Virus record (IMG/VR): IMGVR_UViG_3300022925_000006
Reading direction: 5' to 3' (one strand)
Length of the DNA: 64,000 bases
Origin: a virus
The notes beneath the pieces were generated by a model, which was given only the letters and a program-made list of their open reading frames with translations, had not been told where the DNA came from and searched no databases. Made by a program: the position numbers and the translations under genes. Of this stretch, positions 1-9,300 are shown one piece after another (the first letter of the stretch is position 1; each line of letters opens with the position of its first letter).

Positions 1-11
1 AGATTTACACG

Positions 12-605
12 ATGATAATTTTAGTTGACCCAGTATATAATCCACAGTTTCGGACAAACATTACGTCCGCAACTAAACTTGCGCCTGGCATTACTGTTGC
101 CAAGTTCCTTGGTGCGTATGGTGATAGAACACCATTCAACCACGTGACCAGTGAAACGAAGAGAAAGGAAATTGCAAGACATCTCTACCTCCAAGCTGAA
201 GCAATGAGAATCATCAACGGCAACACCGAAAACTTTAATGATGTTCGTTTGATTGTGTCAGAAGGTATCTATGACCTCAAAGAGATTGATGACGGTAACG
301 AAATAATGGAAAAGAAATCCGATGGTCGTTTGGTTTATTATCAAGTGATTGGTCAGGATGGAGAAATTAATCTGGAACAAACCTTTGATGTTGCTGAGTA
401 TTGGAAAGATTATATCAAGTTTGGAAAACTGTATCTAGATTATGACATCTACAATCCAGACGGAAGTCTTACTGCACAGATTGGTTTAGAGTTTCCAAAA
501 ACACCAGATTCCTTTGATATTGAGTTCTCTGGTGATGTTGCAACTTATTTTAATAATGAGTTAATGAGTTCAGATGAATTAATAGAAATTAAGGAAAGTG
601 ACTAA
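12..605 (+). CDS. Hypothetical baseplate-region protein upstream of gp25
   Basis: 197-aa ORF; ATG overlaps the TGA of an upstream frame (ATGA at 12-15); position before gp25; no catalytic motif recognised. Confidence 0.6.
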   Translation: MIILVDPVYNPQFRTNITSATKLAPGITVAKFLGAYGDRTPFNHVTSETKRKEIARHLYLQAEAMRIINGNTENFNDVRLIVSEGIYDLKEIDDGNEIMEKKSDGRLVYYQVIGQDGEINLEQTFDVAEYWKDYIKFGKLYLDYDIYNPDGSLTAQIGLEFPKTPDSFDIEFSGDVATYFNNELMSSDELIEIKESD

Positions 606-612
606 AAAGTCA

Positions 613-620
613 TATAAATA
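613..620 (+). promoter_or_regulatory. T4-type late promoter TATAAATA
   Basis: Exact gp55 consensus just upstream of the gp25 start. Confidence 0.8.
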
Positions 621-625
621 GAACT

Positions 626-1075
626 ATGGCAATACGTAGAGCGTTCGCACAAGAAGATACTAACTTACAGACTGCGTCAGTAACGACCACTCGTGTAAGA
701 CAGTATACCGATATCGACCTTGCATTTAGGGCAAAACCGTCTAGTGGAGAAATCTACAAGAAGACGGATGCAGCTGCGGTGCGACAAGCGGTAAAGAATC
801 TAGTTCAGACAAATAGACTAGAGAAACCGTTTCGTCCTCAATATGGTGGAAACCTTAGAGGTCAATTATTTGAATTGGCTGATAGGGGCCAGTCGGACGT
901 GTTACGTAGAGGTGTTATCGAAAATATCGAATACTTCGAACCAAGAGCGCAAGTTCTTGAAGTTATTGTATCACTACAACCAGATACTAATAGTTTATCA
1001 GTAACAATAAAATTTAAAGTAGTCAACACAGAAGAAGAAGTAACGTTCACTACCACACTCGCAAGGTTAAGATAA
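626..1075 (+). CDS. gp25: Baseplate wedge subunit gp25
   Basis: YTDIDLAF...AVRQAVKNLVQTNRLEKPFRPQYGG...IEYFEPR, a gp25/GPW signature; precedes gp6. Confidence 0.9.
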   Translation: MAIRRAFAQEDTNLQTASVTTTRVRQYTDIDLAFRAKPSSGEIYKKTDAAAVRQAVKNLVQTNRLEKPFRPQYGGNLRGQLFELADRGQSDVLRRGVIENIEYFEPRAQVLEVIVSLQPDTNSLSVTIKFKVVNTEEEVTFTTTLARLR

Positions 1076-1076
1076 A

Positions 1077-2903
1077 ATGGCAACAACAATTAAATCGACA
1101 TCATTAGACTTTGACGCAATCAAGAATAACCTAAAAACATTTCTCGCTGAAAAAGAAGAGTTTGCGGATTATAACTTTGAAGCGTCTGGTCTGTCTAATA
1201 TCTTGGATGTACTTGCATATAATACTCATTATAATGCACTGACTGCCAATTTTGCGTTGAATGAATCTTTTCTTGGAACCGCACAGTTACGTAGTTCTAT
1301 TTTATCACTTGCAGAAGGTATCGGTTACATTCCTGATTCTATGACTTCTGCTCAAGCGATTATAAACTTAACATTAAATCTTTCTGGTGTTACTGACAGA
1401 ACTCCAGAGATTCAAATCCCAACTGGATATAAGTTTAACGCTACTGTTGATAATGAAGAATTTATTTTTCAAACACAAGAAAACATTAGCGCAACAGATA
1501 ATGGTTCTGGTCTATATGAATTTAAAAACATTGCGGGTAGCAAAAACATAAAAGTTTTCGAGGGAATTGAACGAGTAAAGACGTTCCTTGTGTCGAGAGC
1601 AGAAGATAATGCGGTTTACATAGTTCCAGACAGAACGATGGATATTGATACTGCAATCATTCGTGTTTATGAAGTTCCGTCATCTTCAACATTTACTGCA
1701 TATACTAGTATTCTAAAAGCGACTACCATTAATGCAAACTCTACCCTATACATTCTCAAAGAGTCTCCGAATGGATTCTTTGAATTGTCATTTGGTAATG
1801 GTAGCACTCTAGGCGCTGCACCCAAAACAGGTTCTAAAGTTACGGCAACATATCTTGCTGCTAGTGGTGCATCCGCTAATACCGCAAAGGTTTTTGAACC
1901 ACAAGCACAAATCAGTGTTGGTGGGAGTAACTATACCATGAGTGTGGCCACAGTCGCAGCTGCTGTTGGTGGTTCTGCAAAAGAAACTACCGAATCAATT
2001 CGTCAGAATGCGCCTTTCCAATACGCATCTCAGAATCGAATGGTAACTGCGGTAGACTATTCATCTCTTGTCCTACGTAACTTTTCTACACTCATAAAAG
2101 ACATTCAATCATTTGGTGGAGAGGAAGCTCTTGACCCTGAGTTCGGAACAGTGTTTCTTTCAATTCTGTTTAATGCAGACGTTGATGATACTACAATTGC
2201 AACAACAAAAGATTCTATTGTTGACCTTGCAGCTCAGTTATCGGTCGCTTCCTTTAATGTCAAGTTTAGTGACCCTATCAAGACCTTTATTGAGACTAGA
2301 ACATTCTTCCAATTTAATCCTAGTTTGACCACACTTTCTAGGAATACTATCCAAGATTCGGTCAATGAGGTTATTACTAATTACTTTACCAATAACCTTG
2401 GTAAGTTCAATCAATCGTTTAGACGTTCAAACCTTCTTACTTTAGTCGATGATGTGAGTCCTTCGGTTCTCTCATCTCGTACAGATGTGTTTATGCAGAG
2501 AAGATTTACTCCTACGTTAACTAAGATTCAAGACCACACACTCAGATTTGCGGCTCCTCTAAAAGCATTTGATGATGTTTTCTATACAATCACATCTTCA
2601 GCATTTAGATACAAAAACCAAACTTGTATTCTGAGAAACAAACTGAACACCAATAAACTAGAAGTCTTCAACACCGAAGGTAACGAAGTTATTGTGGACA
2701 ATGTCGGTAACTATACGGGTGATACCGTATTTATTGTAGGTCTTCAGATTGATAACTTTGTTGGTTCGGATGGATTTATTAAGATTTCTGCCAAACCTGC
2801 AAACGAGAGTGCAATCTCTCCATTAAGAGAAGACGTTTTAGAACTAGACCCATCCAACACATTCTCACGTGTTGTTGAAATTGATACTGGGATTACTAAC
2901 TAA
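1077..2903 (+). CDS. gp6: Baseplate wedge subunit gp6
   Basis: LDFDAIKNNLK...DYNFEASGLSNILDVLAYNTHY...ESFL; QNRMVTAVDY motif. Confidence 0.93.
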   Translation: MATTIKSTSLDFDAIKNNLKTFLAEKEEFADYNFEASGLSNILDVLAYNTHYNALTANFALNESFLGTAQLRSSILSLAEGIGYIPDSMTSAQAIINLTLNLSGVTDRTPEIQIPTGYKFNATVDNEEFIFQTQENISATDNGSGLYEFKNIAGSKNIKVFEGIERVKTFLVSRAEDNAVYIVPDRTMDIDTAIIRVYEVPSSSTFTAYTSILKATTINANSTLYILKESPNGFFELSFGNGSTLGAAPKTGSKVTATYLAASGASANTAKVFEPQAQISVGGSNYTMSVATVAAAVGGSAKETTESIRQNAPFQYASQNRMVTAVDYSSLVLRNFSTLIKDIQSFGGEEALDPEFGTVFLSILFNADVDDTTIATTKDSIVDLAAQLSVASFNVKFSDPIKTFIETRTFFQFNPSLTTLSRNTIQDSVNEVITNYFTNNLGKFNQSFRRSNLLTLVDDVSPSVLSSRTDVFMQRRFTPTLTKIQDHTLRFAAPLKAFDDVFYTITSSAFRYKNQTCILRNKLNTNKLEVFNTEGNEVIVDNVGNYTGDTVFIVGLQIDNFVGSDGFIKISAKPANESAISPLREDVLELDPSNTFSRVVEIDTGITN

Positions 2904-3901
2904 TGACACACAAGAGTGATGATACACTAAACGACTTGAATCGAAGAAATATTTCTTTTCCTCGTAATGAGGTCGAAAAAGTATTGCCTGAGTTTTTCAA
3001 GTCTGAGTATCCCAAATTAATTACTCTTCTTAACGAATACTATCACTTTGAGGATGGTGATACTTCGCCATCAAAATTAGTAAATGAACTATTCTATAAT
3101 CGTGATATTACCCAAACTGATATAGAATTATTATCCTATATCGAAGATGAACTACTTTTGGGTCAATCTTACTTTGAAGGATTTACAGACAAACGTGCAG
3201 CTTCAAAATACTCAAGCACTCTTTATCGTTCTAAAGGAACAAAGTATTCTATTCAACAGTTCTTCAGAACTTTCTTTGGTATTGACCCCGATGTGATTTA
3301 TACCAAAGAAAATGTATTTAAAGTTGGAGAAGAGGATTCTCAGATTGGTTTGAACTCTCAGAAGTTTCTTACTGATAATAAATTATATCAGACTTTCGCT
3401 ATCCTTATCAAGTCTGACATTGCTTTTAGTGAATGGAAAGAACCATACAAATTGTTTACCCATCCCGCTGGTATGTTTATTGGCAGTGAGGTTCAGATTG
3501 TATCTGAAGTTATAGATACTGTGACAGCGCCACTAGTTGTTCTTGAACCACCACCACCTATCACAATAGAGGGAACAGGTGTATTCGGAGACTTCGCACA
3601 CATGGACTTAACCGCTCTTGTCGATGACCTATATAGTGATTCAGATGGTGTATTGAATAGAATCAATGCGGAACTTACAAGTATAGAAGATTTTGGTTAC
3701 AACATTCAAACAATTGAAAATCAATACTCATCATTACGTGAAGCGCAGACGGCTACATCACCTACATTTGATGATTCGGATGAATTCGAGACTAATGGTA
3801 TGGACTTGAGTAACAACTTCAGATGGGAAACACTAGACCAAGATATCAACAAATGGTACAGTGCGGACTCCGACCAGTATATAAAAAGTTTCACACTTTA
3901 G
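2903..3901 (+). CDS. gp7: Baseplate wedge protein, short gp7-like
   Basis: LPEFFKSEYP, LYRSKGT.YSIQQFFR.FFG and HPAG motifs; follows gp6. Confidence 0.7.
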   Translation: MTHKSDDTLNDLNRRNISFPRNEVEKVLPEFFKSEYPKLITLLNEYYHFEDGDTSPSKLVNELFYNRDITQTDIELLSYIEDELLLGQSYFEGFTDKRAASKYSSTLYRSKGTKYSIQQFFRTFFGIDPDVIYTKENVFKVGEEDSQIGLNSQKFLTDNKLYQTFAILIKSDIAFSEWKEPYKLFTHPAGMFIGSEVQIVSEVIDTVTAPLVVLEPPPPITIEGTGVFGDFAHMDLTALVDDLYSDSDGVLNRINAELTSIEDFGYNIQTIENQYSSLREAQTATSPTFDDSDEFETNGMDLSNNFRWETLDQDINKWYSADSDQYIKSFTL

Positions 3902-3912
3902 TTAATAATGCT

Positions 3913-3920
3913 TATAAATA
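3913..3920 (+). promoter_or_regulatory. T4-type late promoter TATAAATA
   Basis: Exact consensus in the intergenic gap. Confidence 0.8.
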
Positions 3921-3943
3921 GATAAAACAAGACGGATTTAAAA

Positions 3944-4975
3944 ATGGCAAGACAGACTCTAAACAGAGGTACAGCGGCAAATGACGGCACAGGGGATACT
4001 CTGCGTGTAGCTGCCCAAAAAATTAATGAAAACTTCGCTGAATTGTACACTTCAATCGGTGGAGATTCTGCGTCTACGTCTGTAACACTTACAGAACTTG
4101 GTGCGGTGTTTGAAGGTCTCGCTGAAAATGATTTTGAGACCACATTAACATCAATTGAACCCACCCAAGATAATACTGTATATCTTCCAGATACCAGTGG
4201 GACACTCTTATTAGACTCTGCTTCACAGACATTGTCTAATAAAACTATTCTAAGTCCTAGTTTAACTACTCCATCTATTAAAGATGCAGATTCAAGTCAT
4301 ACATACAATGTTGTGGTGAGTAACCTAAGTGCAAATCGTAATATTACACTTCCATTACTCACAACGAATGATACTTTTGTATTTGCAGATGCAACCCAAA
4401 CACTAACCAATAAAACTATTAGTAGTCCACACATTGAGAATCCAGAACTGGGTGGTCTTAGTGGTGGTTCAAAACTTTTTGACAGTGCTGGTGATGAATA
4501 CCTTGAATTTGTATCTACATCAAGTGCTGTAAATTATGTGATGATTACTAATGCGGCTACAGGTAATGGCCCTGCAATTGATGTCGATGGTGATGATACT
4601 AATATCAGTCTTGAACTTGCTGCGAAAGGTACAGGTGGTGTTGAAATTAAAAACAAATTTGTTCTTGAAAAAGGAACAGACGTTGCAACAAGTAGTGCAA
4701 TAGACCTAACAAAACCGATGACAGTATTTAATTCTGGTAGTTTGATTTCTCCTATTATTAACGATGGAACAATTCAGGCAGAGACCAAATTCTTTAGTAA
4801 TGTTGGTGCGGGTGAAGTAAGACTTACTCCACAAGGCGGAACATCAAATATCTTTGGTGTTGATTCTGGCAACGGATTTTTAAGTTTTGGTGAGGGTGAC
4901 GGATGTCAACTTATCTGGAATAATGGAAAGAGTAAATGGTTTATCGTTGGCAACAACGGTGTAACAACAGGATAA
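3944..4975 (+). CDS. Baseplate/tail-fibre connector with gp9/gp10-type N-terminus
   Basis: N-terminal GTAANDGTGDTLRVAAQKINENFAELY motif of T4 gp9/gp10. Confidence 0.75.
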   Translation: MARQTLNRGTAANDGTGDTLRVAAQKINENFAELYTSIGGDSASTSVTLTELGAVFEGLAENDFETTLTSIEPTQDNTVYLPDTSGTLLLDSASQTLSNKTILSPSLTTPSIKDADSSHTYNVVVSNLSANRNITLPLLTTNDTFVFADATQTLTNKTISSPHIENPELGGLSGGSKLFDSAGDEYLEFVSTSSAVNYVMITNAATGNGPAIDVDGDDTNISLELAAKGTGGVEIKNKFVLEKGTDVATSSAIDLTKPMTVFNSGSLISPIINDGTIQAETKFFSNVGAGEVRLTPQGGTSNIFGVDSGNGFLSFGEGDGCQLIWNNGKSKWFIVGNNGVTTG

Positions 4976-4979
4976 TAAG

Positions 4980-6338
4980 ATGGCAATTGTAACTCGAAAA
5001 ATTAAAAAACAAGTAATCGAATCAATCAAAACCGACATTTCGGACTCTGATACTAATTACTTTATAGCGATTGGACGTTCCGAGGATTGGAACGATTCTG
5101 ATATCGCACCAACTGTTCTAAACAGCGCAAGAGAGGAAAGAAACTTCCGTCTTGGTTTACAGTCAGTAAAAAATATTGTTGACCATTCTTTTGTTATTCC
5201 TCGTTACAACTGGGCATCTGGTGCAATATATTCTGCATATGATGATGCACAAGTTGGTTATCCTACTCAGACATACTATGTCATGAACGATAACAACCAA
5301 GTTTATATGTGTCTTCAACAAGCAAAAAACAATTCGGGTCAAGCCCAAGTATCCACGGTTCAACCAAGTGGTAATACTACAGGTACTCCGTTTGATACCG
5401 CAGATGGTTACATCTGGAAGTTCTTGTATTCTATTGGTGCCTTGGACGCAAACAAATATATCTCTGCAAATTATCTTCCTGTACAACTTATTACTGGTAC
5501 GGACTCGGATTCTCCTGCTGCTGATGTGGAACAAGAATTGGTTCAGAATGCAGCTGTTGTTGGTCAGATTATCGGTTATGTTGTTGATTCGGGTGGAACA
5601 GGATATACCTCAACACCTACAATTTCCGTCACAGGTGATGGAATAAAGGCAAAAGCTGGTGCAACGATTTCTGGTGGACAGGTTACTAGGGTAGAACTCA
5701 TCGATAGTTCTGGTAGTTACACACTTGGTAGTGGGTATAATTTTGCGGATGTTGCTGTCACTGGTGGTGGTTCACCAAGTAAACCAGCTTCAGTAAGAGC
5801 CGTTCTCTCGACACCTTTAGGTTTAGGTGCAGACCCAAGAGATGACTTACGTTCTACTGCTATTATGTTTAACGCAAAACCCGAAGGTGTTGAAGGCAAT
5901 GACTTTATTATTGGTAATGATTTCCGTCAAGTCGGTTTGATTAAGAACCTAATGGATAGTTCTGGTTCAACACTCTTTACAGAATCTACTGGTATTGCAC
6001 TCAAACAACTTAGGTTGTCTAGTGTGGTGACTGGATTTACCACAGACAATATTATTGAAGGTGGAACCTCTGGTGTACAGGCATATATTGATAAAGTAGA
6101 CTCTAACAGTATTTGGTATCACCAAACAGAAGTTACTGGATTTGGTAACTTTGATGCGGGAGAATCTATCTCAGAAATTGATGGTAATGGTACAGGTAGT
6201 CTTAACGCTACGTTTGCTCCATATATAACTCCTGAAGTTGATATTTTCAGCGGTGTGGTTTTGTATATTGACAATCGTGGGTCAGTTACTCGTAGTGCCG
6301 AACAGACCGAAGACATTAAAATCGTAATCCAAATTTAA
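4980..6338 (+). CDS. gp8: Baseplate wedge subunit gp8
   Basis: IPRYNW, YYVMNDNNQVYMCL, DGYIWKFLYSI, NDFRQVGLI and EDIKIVIQI motifs. Confidence 0.9.
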   Translation: MAIVTRKIKKQVIESIKTDISDSDTNYFIAIGRSEDWNDSDIAPTVLNSAREERNFRLGLQSVKNIVDHSFVIPRYNWASGAIYSAYDDAQVGYPTQTYYVMNDNNQVYMCLQQAKNNSGQAQVSTVQPSGNTTGTPFDTADGYIWKFLYSIGALDANKYISANYLPVQLITGTDSDSPAADVEQELVQNAAVVGQIIGYVVDSGGTGYTSTPTISVTGDGIKAKAGATISGGQVTRVELIDSSGSYTLGSGYNFADVAVTGGGSPSKPASVRAVLSTPLGLGADPRDDLRSTAIMFNAKPEGVEGNDFIIGNDFRQVGLIKNLMDSSGSTLFTESTGIALKQLRLSSVVTGFTTDNIIEGGTSGVQAYIDKVDSNSIWYHQTEVTGFGNFDAGESISEIDGNGTGSLNATFAPYITPEVDIFSGVVLYIDNRGSVTRSAEQTEDIKIVIQI

Positions 6339-6347
6339 GGTAGAGAC

Positions 6348-9300
6348 ATGCCAAAGACATTTACATCTAACGTATTTAACTCATCTTACAAGGATGATTT
6401 CAAGGATAGTGATAATTATCACCGTATCCTATTCAACAGTGGACGAGCGCTTCAAGCACGTGAACTTACACAGTTGCAAACAATCATCCAAGAAGAAATT
6501 GGTCGCTTTGGTAGGAATGTATTTACAGAAGGTGCTGCAGTAAATCCTGGCGGCCCATCTATAAACAATGATTACGAATTTATTAAACTGAATACTTCGG
6601 TTAATACTTTACCTAGTGATTTAACCACTCTGGTCGGAACAGAATTTACTGGTCAGACTTCCACTGTAAAAGCAAGAGTTCTCGAAGTTCTTGTTGCGTC
6701 AGGTTCAGACCCCGCAACCTTATATGTACAATACACCAATACCTCTGGTGCAACTGCGGGTGAAAATACTATTCGCATGGGTGCTGGTGAAGACATCTCT
6801 AATGGCACAGATACACTTACTGTACAATCAACCAACACAGTTAACAACCCTGCTGTTGGTCGAGGTTGTCAAATTTCATCTGCGGAAGGTGACTTCTTTA
6901 CTCGTGGACACTTTGTCTTTAACGGTAAACAGAGTCTAATCCTTTCCAAATACTCAAGATACCCTACTAAGGTTGTCGGTTTTAAAGTGACTGAAGATAT
7001 CGTTACTGTTACTGACACCAATACCCTGTATGATAATCAAGGTGCAACTCCTAACTTGTCTTCGCCTGGCGCAGACCGTTATCGCATCAAACTTACTCTT
7101 ACTACTAAAGACCAAATTGTTTCGGACGAAAACTTTGTTTACTACTGTGATGTAGCTGACGGGTTAATTGTCGATGAGGCAAAAGGCGAATCTAATTATA
7201 ACGCAATTAATAAACTTCTTGCGACCAGAACTGAGGAAGAATCAGGTAATTATATTGTAGAGCCATTCACGGTTGACTTTGGTGATTCTGCGAATGATTT
7301 CCTTGCTTCTGTTTCAGACGGAACCGCATATGTAAATGGTTACCGTGCTGACGCTCCAAAACCTACACCTCTAATAATCGCAAAACCAAGACAGACCGAA
7401 ACTCTAACAAACGAAGTTGCTGGTATTACTTACGGTCAATATTTTATATGTGATACGCTTGAAGGTAATCTTAACGTATCAGCATTTGCGACACTAAATT
7501 TACGTAGCACTGCATCATATGGTGGTTCTACCATTGGTACTGCAAGAGTCCGTTATGTAGAAGAAGATGGTGCGAACTATCGAGTCTACTTGTTCGACAT
7601 TAAAATGAACAGTGGTCAGTCTTTACGTAATGTTAAATCTCTTGGTACTGGTGCAGCTGATTTTGCTAACCCAATTCTTGAAAATAGTAAAGCTGTTATT
7701 AAAGAGTCAACCAAAACAACTTTGGTGTATCCTCTTCCTAATCCAAGACCAAGAACTATTAGTGACGTAGACTTTGAGGTTCAACGTATCCGTACAGGTA
7801 CATCAAGTGGTTCTGGTTCACTGACGCTTTCTTTGTCGGCAACTGGCGAAACATTTGTAAACACCTCTCAATGGATTGTCACTCGTAATGATACTGGTGC
7901 GGTGGTTTCTCCTTCTGGTATTACTGGCACAGGTACTCAGTCAACTACTATTAGTGGACTTCCAAACTCTACAGCAGTTACCGTATATCTTAAAGTTAAC
8001 AAAGCACAACCATCGGTGCGTCAAAAAACATTGGTAGAAACCACATTTAGTGGTGCAGTAGAATCCGATGGCACAGGAACTAAATTTGTTAATCTACACG
8101 CAACAGATGTATATGATGTATTATCAATCAAACAAACGGATTCTAGTGGTTCGGATATTTCTTATCTGTTTACTGTTGACGATGGTCAACGTGCTGGTTT
8201 CTATGATAATGCACGTCTAGTACTTGAGGGTGGCGCTACTGCTCCAGCTGGTTCGGTGTTTACAAGATTCAAACACTTTACCCACGGTGCAGGTGATTAC
8301 TTCGCAGTAAACTCTTACACGGGTCAGGTTGCTTACGAAAATATTCCTAACTTTCAGATTGGCCCTCGTAGTTCAATCAATCTACGTGATGTGATTGACT
8401 TCCGTTCATCGGTTGATTCTGACGGACTATTTGCTGGCGGTGACGCTGCATTTAACGAAATACCTACTAACGGTGACATCTTCCAAGGTGACGTAGAATA
8501 CTATGTTCCTCGTGCAGATAAAATTGTTATTACCACACAAGGTGATATAAAGAACATTAAAGGTGAACCTGGCTTTACTTCACAAGTACCCTTTACTCCC
8601 GAAAATACATTGCCCCTCTTTGAATTAGAACTTAACCCATATGGTCTAAGTGACTCAGATATCGTTGTAACTCCGATTGAAGCAAAACGTTTCACGATGA
8701 AAGATATCTCACAGATTGAGAAAAGAATTGATAAACTAGAAGAAGTTACTTCACTATCTCTTCTTGAAGTCGATACATCGGCTCTGTTGGTTCTTGATTC
8801 TTCGGGTAACCCTAGAAGTAAATCTGGATTCTTTGTTGATAACTTCAAAGATAGAAGTTTCTCGGATGCACAGAACTCTGAGTATCGTGCTGCGATTGAC
8901 CCATCTAGAAACTTCTTAGCACCACAAACAATTGAAGATAATGTCGGACTTATCTATGATAGTGCGCTTTCAAGCAATACTATCTTGAAAGGCGATACCA
9001 TTTTCCTTAATTATGCACATAAAGAAGCAATCACTCAACCAGTTGTTTCTGGTACTGAGAATGTTAACCCATTTGCGGTTATTACTGGAGAGGGTAATAT
9101 TACTCTTTCTCCCGCTTCGGATGAATGGCAACAGACAAAATATAAACCAGCGAACGTAATTAACAAGACTGCGGAAGAAGACCTTGGTACAATTAACGAA
9201 GGTAACCTTGCGGTAGGAACGGCAGTAAGAAGAGGCGTAGCTAACGAATTCGTATGGAGTGGTCGCCCATTTGCACCTATCGGTGGATTTGGATTTATGC